From positions 23,312,001 through 23,376,000 of the forward strand of contig CM022670.1 in assembly GCA_012295275.1 (NCBI GenBank): DNA of 64,000 bases, read 5' to 3'. Origin of the DNA: Chrysomallon squamiferum (taxonomy: Eukaryota > Animalia > Mollusca). This document shows positions 42,545 through 55,720 of this stretch, piece after piece. A program made the translations under genes and the position numbers. The notes beneath the pieces are model-generated. The model ran no database searches and was not told where the DNA came from. It worked only from the letters and a program-made list of their open reading frames with translations. Each line of letters opens with the position of its first letter. The stretch's first letter is position 1.

Positions 42545-43192
42545 AAAAAAGAAAAGGAAAGAAACAACGTAGGCCGGATTGAACGTTTACGAATAAATAG
42601 TCTAATAAAATTCTTTACACTTCCAAGTTATTATTTTACTAGTTTGTGCGGTCTGCTATCACTCACAGTAAAATATTACAATAAAATAATACGTTTACAA
42701 AAATGTAAATGCTGCCATTTCACCTCTTTACAACTCGTAGCTGTATTTTTCTAAGAGACATTTCACAGCAAACACGTCCGCGATGGCGTCACGACCACAG
42801 AAACACTGCAGATATTTTAAAAGTATACTCTTGTTGTTAGACTTAGATATCGATTAAGACAGGGCGTCAGAAAACAAATGATGTATAGTCTGAAAGAACG
42901 CAGAATACACGTAGACTATTTATTTCAGTCGGCATGTATCAGTCATTTAAGCTGAAGTGGGTAGCGAGGGCAGGGGGGCTCTGTGGATTTCTCTTCAGTT
43001 ATTATTATGCAACAGTTTTCTCTGTTACAAATTGTCAAACATGGTCTCAACAGATTTCAGTAGCACCACAATTAAATCAGTCCTCGAATGAATGACAGTT
43101 GTTACACTACACAAAAAAACTAATGGCCTGAGACAGTTTTTTGAAAAATTGTAATCAATAGTATGTTTTATTTTTTTTTTTTTTTTTTCCAG

Positions 43193-43296
43193 TGAACATT
43201 TTTGAATGTTACCAGCATTGGACAGATAAAAGCACGCAGTCAATGTACATCATCATAGGCAAACCTGGAGATCCTACGAAAGTGTCAGATTGCTTG
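43193..43296 (+). CDS. Coding exon B5 (phase 1 to 0): VNIFECYQHWTDKSTQSMYIIIGKPGDPTKVSDCL
   Basis: Poly-T-ccag acceptor, donor gtatgt, 104 nt. Confidence 0.92.
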
Positions 43297-43327
43297 GTAT
43301 GTGATTTTAAAATTAAAAAATCTCACT

Positions 43328-43355
43328 TTATTTATTTATTTATTTATTTATTTTT

Positions 43356-43410
<55 letters not shown>

Positions 43411-43557
43411 TTTTATTATTTTATTTATTTTTTTGTTTTATTTCACTTCAGAATATTCAGTATAAAACGTAGTATAACTAATATATGCTAAAATAGCAAC
43501 ATACAAAAGAAACTGAATGTGTTAAAATACAGAAGTTTCCAAATAATCAACAGAAAA

Positions 43558-43601
<44 letters not shown>

Positions 43602-43622
43602 AGAAGAAGAAGAAGAAAAAGA
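43328..43622. repeat. (TTTA)n and (AAAG)n/(AAG)n microsatellites in one intron
   Basis: Directly visible at 43328-43430 and 43556-43622. Confidence 0.9.
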
Positions 43623-43846
43623 AAAAAACTATAAATATGTTCTACATTTTTCTCCTAGTAAAACTCGTTTCTGTTACGTCTTCATTTAAAACTTTAATCT
43701 TCCTGAAGTATTAAGTATGTCCAGTAATACATTAACTGTTCCAGGTGCATAAAGAAAATTGTTATTTGTCATGTTTCGTAAATAATTCTTACAACAGCAT
43801 TAATTAAGTAATAAAACAACTGTTTTAACAATGTTGATATTTACAG

Positions 43847-43958
43847 GTGTATAAGCAGACTAACAACGGATATCAGATAGTAGCAGATGAAGAATGCGGA
43901 GGAGGAAAACTGAAAATCTTGAATAAACCACTAGCTTTTATCGTGGAGTCTCAACCAG
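43847..43958 (+). CDS. Coding exon B6 (phase 0 to 1): VYKQTNNGYQIVADEECGGGKLKILNKPLAFIVESQP
   Basis: Acceptor atatttacag, donor gtgaac, 112 nt. Confidence 0.9.
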
Positions 43959-44266
43959 GTGAACAGATCAGTCTTTGCTCTAAATATCTGAATAAAAGTT
44001 GTCTTTCTGTTTTTAACTTTCCTGCGAGAGTCACAGAGAGAATCTTACAGTTACTTTATCTTTCCGTAGAATGGTCCTTATTTCATATAGCTGTTAGAAA
44101 AATGATACTTATATATATATTTTTTTTTTTTTCTTTTCTGTGCTTCTGTTTTTTTTTTGTTTTTTTTTTGCTTCATAAGACAGTTTCGGTATAAAAGAGT
44201 TTCCATACTACATTTACTTATGTTAATGCTAACTTTTTTTTTTTTTAAATTTTTTATCATTTACAG

Positions 44267-44478
44267 ATAAATGCACGCCTCCTGAAACTCGAATCTTTTC
44301 CCAGTCGGAGCGAGAACGAAACACAGATTCGCCTGAAGATATTATAGGTGGCAAAACAAATCGTGAGACCCACAATAGTAACATTATAAATATAATACAC
44401 AGTGGAAACGCGAGGACATCGTGCTCAGTGTTCACTGTAATTTTGTTACTCCTCACAGTGTGTCTGGTTCAGAGGTGA
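44267..44478 (+). CDS. Terminal coding exon: DKCTPPETRIF...HSGNARTSCSVFTVILLLLTVCLVQR*; polar stalk plus GPI-type signal
   Basis: Acceptor atcatttacag, phase 1, TGA at 44476-44478. Small residues S-G-N-A are followed by a spacer and a terminal hydrophobic run with no cytoplasmic tail. Confidence 0.9.
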
Positions 44479-47233
44479 TACGACATCACGACGTGACTTC
44501 TATCGAGTGCTCAATGAAAGGATACAACTGTGCGAAATCATTTGTTATTATCTGTCAGTGAGGATGTTCGTGCATTTCTAGTATACATTCCCATTTCAAA
44601 GGATCTTCGGTTCCAGGAGAAATAAAACTGATTTCAGAAAGACAGAAGGTGGAGGGCAACAACGTGCGTTTTGTTCAGTCTCAGAGTCCGAGTCTGAGGA
44701 GCTAGGTGACGATATTTAAATTCCGCTGAATGTGTTAAGCACTGACACATTAGATTTTTCAAGGAAATGAATGTTGGCTTATAATGTTTTTAAAATATAT
44801 CCTAAAGGAAACTTCTATCTGTTAAAAACAAGAAATCATTTTTACAAACGTGTTCATTCTGAGGGCAAGACAGGACGATGACAAAATTCTTGTTCATGAT
44901 TATGTGGACGTTTTGCTCAAGATGAAAAAAACGAAAAAAAAAAAAAAAAAAACATGTTTTCATTTTTAATGGAATCCTAAACTCTTTGTGGTAGAGAAAT
45001 ATTGTATATTGATTTGTAATTGTTTAGCCAGTTTTAAAATACTGAACAGGGCCTGTATAAACAACAGAAGAAAGAGATGTTTTTTTATATTGTTGATCGT
45101 TGTGTGAATATAACGGTTTTTCATACGAAACTGTTCTTCATTTCTGTGTAAAAGAAACTTAAAAATTTAGCTTCTATTGAATCCGGCAGTGAGATAGTCC
45201 ATGAAAATGTACCTGAAAACAGAACAAGTAACAAATCAGATAATTTTCATGCACAAAACACTGATGTATTTATGATCGAGACAAAGACGTTGGCAATTTC
45301 AGTAGACCTGAACATTCTACTTAAAAACTAAATAATGTTTACTGAAGCGAAAGAACATGAGACAGAGGCAAGTCGCGGAAGCAATCCACCTATTATACCG
45401 AGCCATATTTATTGAAGAATTACTGGTGTGATATGTGTGACAATATTACTGTCCTAATTTTGACCATATCAACAAGATTATCCCAGTATATCATATTTAT
45501 TTTACGGACACAGTGAGGTAAACTCCTCAGAGACGTATGTCCTAAAATAGTCTTGTTTTTTTTTTTGGTTTTGTTTCTTATCAGTATTTTTTATTTTCAT
45601 TGTCACACTTTAATAAGATACCCATGATTAAAATACTGTGTATAGTGCTTACAAGGTATTGTTCATAATTTATGCTCAATTTGGAGACTAGTATACGTTC
45701 ATATCTCATTTTTCTTTTGTTCTTCTGAAAACTGAAGTGCTTTCATGTTTTGAAACTGGAAATACTTTTCCAAAATACTGTATGTTAAAAACAAGGGCAG
45801 ATCCAGAAAAATTAGGCGGGTCAAAATTTGTAATCGCTTTTATAATTCTTTTTAAAGTTTAAAACAGGGCAATTTTAGTTTTTTTCAGTAAAATGATCAG
45901 ATGGTTCAGTCTGAACTCGCAACCTGTAATAATATATTAATGGATCTGCCTTTGTCAGTGAATGAGGGTTTTTGCTGGTGCGTTTACTTGATAAATATTG
46001 TTTCTGGAAATGTCTTCCAGTGGGCGTAAACGAAAGCCGTGCCATCTCTTGCATTATGTATCATACATAGTAACGACGTCCACAGAGTCGGCTCATTAGT
46101 ATGAATGATTCTCTGCTAAACGGCTATTTTGAGCGATTTATTTCAGCATCACGGAATAAAACGTACTTATTGTCAAAGAAGAGATGAAAATTACTATATA
46201 TGATAAACTCGAATTCCCTGTGACCGGAGCTGTATTGGTTTATTAAACAGGAAACGATTCATCATAAAACATCGAGTGACTCTATCCGAGACCTGTGTTT
46301 TATCAGTGTGTGTGTGTTTTGTAACGAGAACTGATAGAACAGTTGTAAAGTCACTTATGTAATACAGCCTAATAATTGAAAAAAAAAAAAAAAAAAAAAA
46401 AAAATAATGAATTGCTGTTGTTAAATATAGTTATTAAAAAACAAATTTAAGATTTTTATACTTGTTAAAACTTTTCCAAAATTTATTTTCCCTAATTGCT
46501 TACCCTGTTTACAAGGTTAGTTTACTACAGTGTTTATTTAAAAATGTCAGTAAATTTTTCAAAACCTTCTTTTGCGGGAACGAAAACAAAACGCAAATTA
46601 TTTAATGTTTATAGAAAGTAAGAAAAACAAATTAATTAAAAATAATTAAATAAAAAACTGAGACTTTGAAACATTTTTAGAGCCAATTATAAAAAAAATG
46701 TATTTGAAAATATAATTTGAAACGAAAGGCCACTACGTTAAAATGGATCATAAATTTGTACATCAAAACACAGTAATTCTAAAAATACACACAAGCAAAA
46801 TAATAACAAAATATTCGATAATGAAAAGTTTCTTCTTTTTATCTTTTTTTTTTTTTTTTCTCTTTAATTTTTTATTCATTTATTATGCAACTGTTCGCAC
46901 TCATGGAATAAATAAGTACACTGTTTACTTAATTTAAATTACAAAATGTTTCTTAATCACTTTTTTCGAATTTCCACGCAACAGTTCAGTTGACTTAACT
47001 TCAGCATGACATTATGAAATTATTTATTACGTGTATTTGCACTGAACTCTTTCCAGCGGTATCAATAATAAATGAACCTGCTAATGCAAGAGACGGCACT
47101 GCTTTATTTGTTTGCTAATTGGCACTGGTTTCGAGGTGTAATCTGGTATAGTGGGCTTAACGACATGTTTGTATATCAACAAAAGAGTTTCAGTATTTTC
47201 TAATCTTTCTTCTTTCTGCGCATTCTTTCTTTA

Positions 47234-47274
<41 letters not shown>

Positions 47275-48865
47275 ATTGGGAATATCGTATTCTTGTCATG
47301 CATAATGGATCCTCTTTCTGTTTTTGCACAATTCAAACTTCTGCATTTATAGGCATATTTGCGTTTCAGGTTTCCTCGTTTTTGTTTTCACGTAAAATAA
47401 TTTTGTATTATCTGCATAATTGAAATATCAGTATTCATACACGTTGCTATTCATAATTTCATCTAGCCAAGCTTTCTCATACTCTTGTATGTCGCGCAGT
47501 GGCCATTATTTGTCATGTAAATTATTACAAATGTAAAATATAATGCAACTAGTGAAACAATATTCTACAGAAACACAATTCTGTTGTTTCAAACTACAAA
47601 GATAGGTTCGATTATGACTGTAAGAATTTTTTTTTTTTTTTTTTTTTTTTTATTAATAACAAGCAATCAAGATATTAGACATCTGTGAAATAAACTGTAA
47701 AATAAATTACGTTTGAATGTGTAAAATATTGAAAATCATGTTTATTGAAAATCATGTTTAAATGTATAAAATAAATTACTGAAACTGGTTCAGTGATGTT
47801 GCTTGTCAGACACAAATCAAACAGAATTTGAATATTTGTGTGAAACGTGTGATCATGTAAAGGAAGGGAGACAATTATTATGTTAACTACTTTAATTACT
47901 TTTAATGTAAAAATGTAATGTAAAAGTAATCACAGGAACGTTAATATTAAAATAATCCAATCATTTTAACTGAAATAACTCCCTAACGAATCATCAACTA
48001 GTAGAAAAATTAACTTTTCTAAAAAAAAAAATTTCCTACATGTATTAACAAAAAAAAAAAAAATTATTTCTTTATTTCTTTTATTGTTATATTTTGAATT
48101 CACGACATTAAACGCACTTTAAGAACTAGAATACATCACATTTTCTAATTTTATCCTGCTGTTCAGATGTTTCTTTTTTTTTTCTTTTCAACAAATAATG
48201 ATACGTGCCTTGACATATGAAATCTGTGTGTACAGCAGCCAGTAGCTGTGTTTTGATACATATTTTAATACATTGTCTAAGTCTGAGAGAAATCTCTGTC
48301 ATATTTCTTTTTTTTTTTTTTTTTTTTTTTGTCTTTTCTTTCAGTCTATGTATTTAACAGTAACTGGCAATATCTTGAGAAATGCAGAGACGATTTCTAC
48401 TTTTCATTTCGCTAGCTTTACATAGCCGAAGCCCGGTTCTCTGACTTAGAAGTATTAGAAAAGTTTAGTTGTATTTAAAGAACCGACCTCACGTATAGCT
48501 TGTCATTGAATCTAGGGAGCAAATTATACATAAAAAAAATAAATAAAATAATTGTGATATTGTATACATGTAGATACGACGGTTGTTTCCCTTTATTTCC
48601 ATTCTTCTTTCTTTTATTGTCAGTGACACGTGCGTACTTGTCTGTTGGTTGTGATTGGTTGATTTCGCCCAATACTTTGTTATGTTGACTCCCCCCCGTG
48701 TAGTCGCGTGCTACAAATAATTGGTACCTGTAATGTACTCAAGTAATTGAAAGAAATTCTGATGTAAATTATGTCAAATTGTATAATGATCGGATAAATT
48801 ATGTACAGTGGATGTAAAAATAAATAAATATATCTTGCAATAAAATATGTACAAATGACAAAGCG
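44479..48865 (+). other. Probable long 3'UTR (~4.4 kb)
   Basis: No coding signal or exon after the stop. It ends at a cluster of TGTA motifs, AATAAA hexamers and a downstream GT/T-rich element. Earlier AATAAA sites (e.g. ~44622, ~46154) could give shorter forms. Confidence 0.5.
45792..45954. mobile_element. Decayed MITE-like element (PIF/Harbinger-style termini)
   Basis: Terminal inverted repeats CAAGGGCAGATCCA (45792-45805) and TGGATCTGCCTTTG (45941-45954) match at 13 of 14. An internal GGTTCAGTCTGAAC imperfect palindrome lies near the right end. It resembles CAGGGGCGGATCC-type MITE ends. Confidence 0.6.
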
Positions 48866-48875
48866 TGTTCGTTTT
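48819..48875 (+). terminator. Candidate polyadenylation signal region
   Basis: AATAAA at 48819, 48823 and 48839, several upstream TGTA (CFIm-type) motifs at 48709-48816, and downstream GCGTGTTCGTTTT. Confidence 0.5.
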
Positions 48876-50574
48876 CATCACCATCGTCCTCAAAATAAGA
48901 TATTTATTATTGCTTTACAGCTATGTTTTGTTTTTGTTTTGTTTTGTTTTTCATATTTTGATATTTTTCTCGAAATATTTATATTATCGCTTTCTCAAAA
49001 AATAAACTGCCTTTAGCATTGTCTTTGTTATTGCTAATATTTGTTATTGTTGCTGAAAAGCTTTTCACAGCTGCTTTTCTTATCTACAAAGATATCATCA
49101 TCGACGCACGGTTGTTACAATGACGTAGTTGTTGCAGACATAACATATGTTCCTGTAACAAAAATTAATCCCATTTTAAAGCGTATGATTTTCCCTGAGT
49201 TTATTTCAATGTCCCGTTATCTCGCCATTTCAGCTGCATACGCAAAATGATGCTACTTTGATAAAGTATCCTGTGTCCCATATCGTACATCAATATATTA
49301 CTTTCTATAAGCTTTTTCCTCCCTTGTGAAACGGACTGAACGGCTGGGAAGCGGTATATTTATGTGTTACGTTTCCTTTTATCATTTTCAAGAAATCGAC
49401 ATTATCGGTTTGCCATCCTCGCTGGTGATATCGTCTGGCAACTGCCAGTCTGCCGCCAGGGTGCGCCTCTGACCTTCTAGAAACCACAAAGGTAGAGTTT
49501 TATGGGTGACCATTGTTGTTTGCACAGCATCATATCACACGTGTGATGTATGCAGTTTAGAATGCGTCTGGACCACTTCAAATAATAATTATGGGAAAGT
49601 CTTGTTTATTTAGCTTTAACAGAATGGTTTTGAGACGATGGGAGACTCTTCTAATGTTCATTCTTTCTCAGTTTTGTGTAACACTGCTATTTACGGCTTA
49701 TGTCAGTTTTCGCTTCTTACAAATACTCTGCGGACGATACATTTCATTCTTTTAGCATGTAGTTATTCTAAGTGCCAGTGGTGACCTTTCCGAAGGATTT
49801 ATTTTGTTTAAAGCATGTAATGATAGCAGTCTGTTTATCAAGAAGACATTTTTCACATCTACTTAAGTATGTAAGCTAGACCGAAATTTGAAATCGTATC
49901 TTTGAAAGGGAACACACACACGAACGCACACATATGCATATAAACAAACATCAATATCTCTGTGTTTTTTTTTTTTGTTCACATGCATTACTTCAAACAT
50001 GCATTCATACACAAATACATAAATGTGCATTCTGCGTAAACATACACTCAAAGACAAACACACACACACACACAGAGATATAAAAATTGCCCAAACAATC
50101 ATCTGATAGCGTGACATTTTGATTAAATGCAAGAAAAATTTTAGGTTATCTCAAATGTATTTCACTGCAATATTTATAGATAATAAAATCGTTTAAAAAG
50201 ATTGCAACTGAAGGAAGTTTTTTTTTCCTAAATAAATCATGGAAGGTTTATTGGTTTTTCAATAAGAAGATTTTCATCATCTTTATTCAGTTGGATAGTT
50301 ATTAAAGGCTTGTCCATGGAAAACATTTTGACTGGCATATCACTGGCAATCAATACTGGAAAGATTATATTTATGAAAAATTTGTCATTTAGAAAAGAAA
50401 TAAAACAGCAAGATAGTTATATTCAAGCATTCGTTTCGTTTTCTTTACCGGAAAAAAAAAAAAAATTTTAAAAAGAAGAAAAAAAGAAAGATCCCCCCCA
50501 CGAAGTAATAATGATGATAAAAAATAAGCAGAAAAAAGAACTATTTCTAACGTTTCAGAAACATAATGTATTCA

Positions 50575-50752
50575 TGAATGCATGTGTGTATGTATGTGTG
50601 TGTATGTATGTATATATGAATGTATGAATGTATGTTTGAATGTATGTATGTATGAATGTATATGTATGCTTGTGTGTATGAATGAATGTATGAATGTATG
50701 TATGAACGCATGTACGTGTGTATGTATATATCTCTCTGTCTGTTTGTATGTA
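50575..50752. repeat. Degenerate (TATG)/(AATG)n microsatellite
   Basis: Directly visible; source of the His/Ile/Tyr-rich ORFs. Confidence 0.9.
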
Positions 50753-53719
50753 AGCATCTCTGTTTCATCTATATATGTATAAACACAAAAATTACGTTTT
50801 GAACACTGTTATGAGAGTAAACTTCTGTGTGAATGGCGACGGTTACCTGCCTCAGTTGTAACCGCAGAGAGACACGAGCGAGGGTTTTAATGAATCGGAT
50901 CTGACAAGCCCAGCGGAACATGCGACGAGTCGAACAGCGAGTCGTTCTGTGAATTTGCACAGATTTACAATAGTACTAGAAACACAGCAAATATACTGAC
51001 AGCTGTTTTAGTTTTGATAAAGAAAGGTTTAGAAACCCTCACGGTAATCGACGTTTTGCTGAGTAAATGATTTTCAATTTGCATTATTATCCTCTTTCTT
51101 CTTTTTTTTTAACATTTTGTTGTTGTGTTAATTCTAACCTGTGGTTTGCAACACTGTAATTATTGTCAACGGAACACATTTTCGATTCTGTTTTGGACAT
51201 AGATTTGCACATAATGGCATTTTTATGGTTTAGTTTTCTATGAAAGGTAACTATTATGCATCCATTGCCGAGATCTGCGAATGAAATGCTCTTCAGTAAG
51301 AACGAAAGCAAATCTAATCACTGAATAAGTAGATAGCAACACTGTAATATCTAATTTATATGGAAATACAACGTCTGGTGCTTGATTGCTTTTTAGACAC
51401 TATCTTAACTTGTCGAAACCCAATAATCGCCGGTTTTTGTGCTTAGATATTGGAGAGGGGGCCTCAAGACGACTTGAGTTCGCCGCTGAAGGGCGGTAAA
51501 TAACGACGGCTCAAGCTGCATTAGCGTATGTTAAGTCTGGAAATGCCGTCTATTCTTTGAAAATATTCCCTGCCTCCTCAAGATGAATACGGTTGAGCTA
51601 AACCTGGCTGACTAAAGCATGACGCCTGCAGTGTTCTTGTTGGGGTTCGTTTGAGTGGTTAACGAGCAAGCCAGAAACTGCACGGTATAATGCATTTTAT
51701 TTTGAAGACAAAATCGCAAAATTAAATATGTAAATAAGAACAAGTATGTAATTGTTGTGAACGTAATCTTACAATCTGATTATTTTTACTTGCACGAATG
51801 GTATGATGAATGTACACGAGGTCTTGGTGTGTGTCTCACGTATCTAATCTCAGATCTTTCGTAATTCTTTCTCAGTTGAATTCATTTAAACGACTTAGAG
51901 TCTGTTATTGATGAACAGAAAAGGCAGCATTACACGTTCAGATGAAAATAAAGACTGTGGATTCAAAGCTGTATTTGTTTCAGTCGTTCGTACTGAAGAA
52001 ACATCTGATCACTTCATAGATGAAGCAGTTTTTGGGGGTTTTTTGTGTTTTTTTCTGGAAGATTTATTTTTGATGTGTTTCCGAAACCAGCTTCAGCTGA
52101 ACCATTTTAAAGTTAGTGTCAAAATAAATTTCATTTAGTTAAAATACGTTCTGGCGAGATGGAGTTTACGTGAATTACAACGTTTAGAAATGTTTAAAAG
52201 AAATACGATGGTCAGTATTGAATACTGATAAATGTCTGATTAGTTAAACACGGTATAAAAGGATTAAGTTTCTTTCGAAATATGTTTAAATTAATTTTAT
52301 TTAAAAATAAATTATTTTGAAGATATTTCCCGAGAATATAAACTCACAAAATTCATATACAATTAAAATATTTACTTCATATCGAAGCACTAACAATAAA
52401 ATAATAATATTCAATGAAAAAAAAGAAATGTAATACAGTAAACCAACTCTAAACCTTCAACTGGTTTCGTCATCAAGTACAATACACTTGTTAGGTCTCG
52501 CTTACCATGACATATAAGAAAATAACGTTTGAATTCACATTCTAGCTCACGTGACTCGAGTTACCACTACAGGGTCTTAATTCATCTTCATACTTAAACA
52601 AGAAAATCGCTACACTTCACAAATGACATTCTACCAAGTTGAAGAGTCTCCTCTTTTGATTCTCGGTTACCAAGAAGGACATGCCATCTTCCCGGTTATC
52701 TATTTCCCAAGTAGACAAGCTGACATTCGTGTTAGCCAAGATTCGTGATGTTGAAATTATCAGAGTTTTTCAATTAACCCACCAAACCTGAGGCAAGAAG
52801 CAATATCTTTTCGTGGTAGTAATCAGGCAAAATGATTTTTATCCACGCTTAAAAGCAGAAAAACTGATTTGTGCTCTGCTGGGCAGAGAATGGTATTGTT
52901 ATTAACGTGCAGTATCGATTATTTTTGGTCTTCCACTGCTTCGAATGAAATGTAAATTGGTTAAACTAAACCTAAAATTTTCTCGATAATGTTTTTAGGA
53001 TAATGCTCGATTTTGTTTGGTGAATTATCTTCCTTCGCTGGAAATGTGTTATGTATGCCGCTGTGCTGGTTAATAAACGAGGCTTCAATTCCGGAACACT
53101 ACTTTAAATGAATCCATTACTGTAAAGACATGGGAAATGCAAGTCAGCGCATGTTGGGATTTACACAAAAATAAACTCATGTTCTAATGATGTAGGATTA
53201 CTGAACTTTAACGATTACAAAACGTACAGCAGCAATGGCAAGGTAAAAATCGTATTATCTTCAGAGCATCCTGTTAACATTTATTTCCCAAGTTTCTGTC
53301 ACCACTCCACGGCTAAGATGTTCTCGTCATGTTCTGTAATAAAAGATAATCAAGGCGCAGTATCTTTGATGAATGGATTTCCTATCTTAACACTGGCTGT
53401 TATCTCTGTTTGCTGAATAGAAAATTCGGGCTGGCAGAACACATCATCATCATCATTTCAACACCAACCATTATCATTAACAACTGGCTTCATTAACTTC
53501 CATTATAATTATTATAATATGAATTAGGAAAAACGAACTCGTTATAAGTTTTCTATTATTAGAAAAGCAAGGCAATAATTAAAACGTTGCTTGGAGGTAA
53601 CCGCATTAATGAGCGAGATGGGTTTGTTTTTTTGAAAATATATTTTAAAATAAAAAAAAAAAGAAGATAAAAATAAATATATTCCTTAACGTGATTCATT
53701 AACATTTAGATTACTTTCG

Positions 53720-53756
<37 letters not shown>

Positions 53757-55589
53757 ATTTTCTCTACAAATGAATACGGTAAAATAAACTTTGAAATTTG
53801 TGTTCTGCTAAGGTCATAATCTTCCTTTATTTCAAACTGATGTCATTGGCTGTAAGCACAGCTTCTTCGTAGGCTATTTAAATTTTTTGGTTTTTGCGTT
53901 CATAACACTCAGCAGAGGCCTCGTTATGTAAATCTCAGAAAACGAATTGCATTAAAAGAATCGCTGTGAATTCAGGATCTTCCAATGGAATATTAATATC
54001 TTTTGCTTCGGTTATACAACTGATAATGTTTGCCCATTACTGTACACATTAACACTGGTTTAAAACCATGATTATGGCAACGTATCATACATTCAGTTTA
54101 AAGATTCTATAAACAACTGAAAAACTTTATGGTTGAAAGCCAGATTCCTGCAATTCACTTGGCCATTAAATTTCTCGATACTAAATAAACTTCAACCTTT
54201 TCAAAACATATTTTACACACCTTTCCCAAATGATTGCAGAAAATTACGTATTGGTTATTTTCCACAGTAATGAACAGCACAATCATATAACTCACACAAT
54301 CTGTGTGAATTAGTCTATAATTACTCTGAAAGTGCGTAAGAAGAGAAAAAACAGAAAGCAGAAGATGAAAAAAAAAAAAAGTTTCTTTTTAGCGCCAGGC
54401 CGCAATCTCGCTTGACTAAAAATTTCTATTAGAAAATGTTATTCCCTTGGCATGTAATATCTTGCTTTGATCACAGGCGTGGAATTCAGCGATCTATCAT
54501 CGTTCTTATTCTTAGTATTCCTCGCCTTTTTATTCACTTCTGACTACAATTACCATAGATCAGTGTCACGAACGACCACTTTGTCTACGAAAACATGTTA
54601 ATATATATTCTAGATAGAGACACTGAATTTGATCTCATATAGGTCAAACGTAGACTTGTACGAATTATGAACTGCGGATAAAATTCAGAAATATAAGATT
54701 CCCTATTTAATATTGCATCAGAATTCCTTATACATTTATCAAAGTTGAGAAAAATGAGCCTGATTTTCATTATCTGTTTTCTTTTTCCCAATTCCATTTT
54801 CAGCCAGTAAATTACTGGGGGAAAAACTGATGAGTCTGTTTAGCAGATAGATATTTAATATTATACGAATTAAAATGTAATAATTTCATAGTTAGCGGAT
54901 GTTAATCGTTTTATATGTAAAGTCCGTTCACTTCTACAGAATAAATAGAACGAAAATATCATAGAAATGTTTGAGTGAAACTTTAAAAATACAAAAATAG
55001 ATAATGATAAAAAAAGTTTTAAAAAAGTAAGAAAGAAAGATAGAAACGAAATAAAATGATAACTTTAATAATAAAATTTGAAAGTTTAATTATGATTTTG
55101 CATTTATTACTTTGAAAAATATATAAAATAGAAAATAATAATTTAAAAAAAGACAAACAACAGTTATTTCTGTTTTGTGTGATTTTGAAAAAAAAAAAAA
55201 AAAAAAAAAAAAAGAAAGAACTGCTCACACAAATCATAGGTGAATCGAAGATTCACAGTATCTTTGTAGTACGTTTATCTTTCATATCATTCCTTGAAGA
55301 CAAGAGTAATTATCATTTTTCACCCATAAGAAAAACGACTACCCATAAAATGAGGTTATTTTTATTTATTATTATTATTATTATTATTTTAATGTTTCTT
55401 TTTATTCGATAAATTATTACGCGAGCTGTCGAGAAAGTAAAAAAAAAAAAAAAAAATAAAATAAAATAAAATAAAAATTTCAAAACGGAAATATCGCTGT
55501 TCTCGCAACTTTGAGTGCCATTTCTTAGCCCAGGAACAACGACAGTTGATTGTGGAGTCGTAATATCTTCGCAATCGCCGGATGTCGTG

Positions 55590-55720
55590 AAATCCCAATC
55601 AATCAAGTCTATTCTGATCACGTGTCCTGGCGACGTCGAGTGACGAAACGCTGCACGGACGTCAAAAAGGCACGTGCAGTTTGTCCCCTGTCGTTACGTA
55701 ACAAAGGGACGGGGCGAAGT
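55590..55720. promoter_or_regulatory. CpG-rich cluster of bHLH/bZIP motifs (candidate enhancer or promoter)
   Basis: CCAAT ~55595, CACGTG at 55619 and 55671, GACGTC 55632, TGACG 55641, GACGTCA 55658, GTTACGTAAC 55693 and GGGGCG ~55711, all within 130 bp. Confidence 0.45.

Noticed and set aside
53121-53140. TGTAAAGACATGGG resembles the 5' half of miR-71
   Set aside because: There is an insertion in the seed, the 3' half differs, and no hairpin is present.
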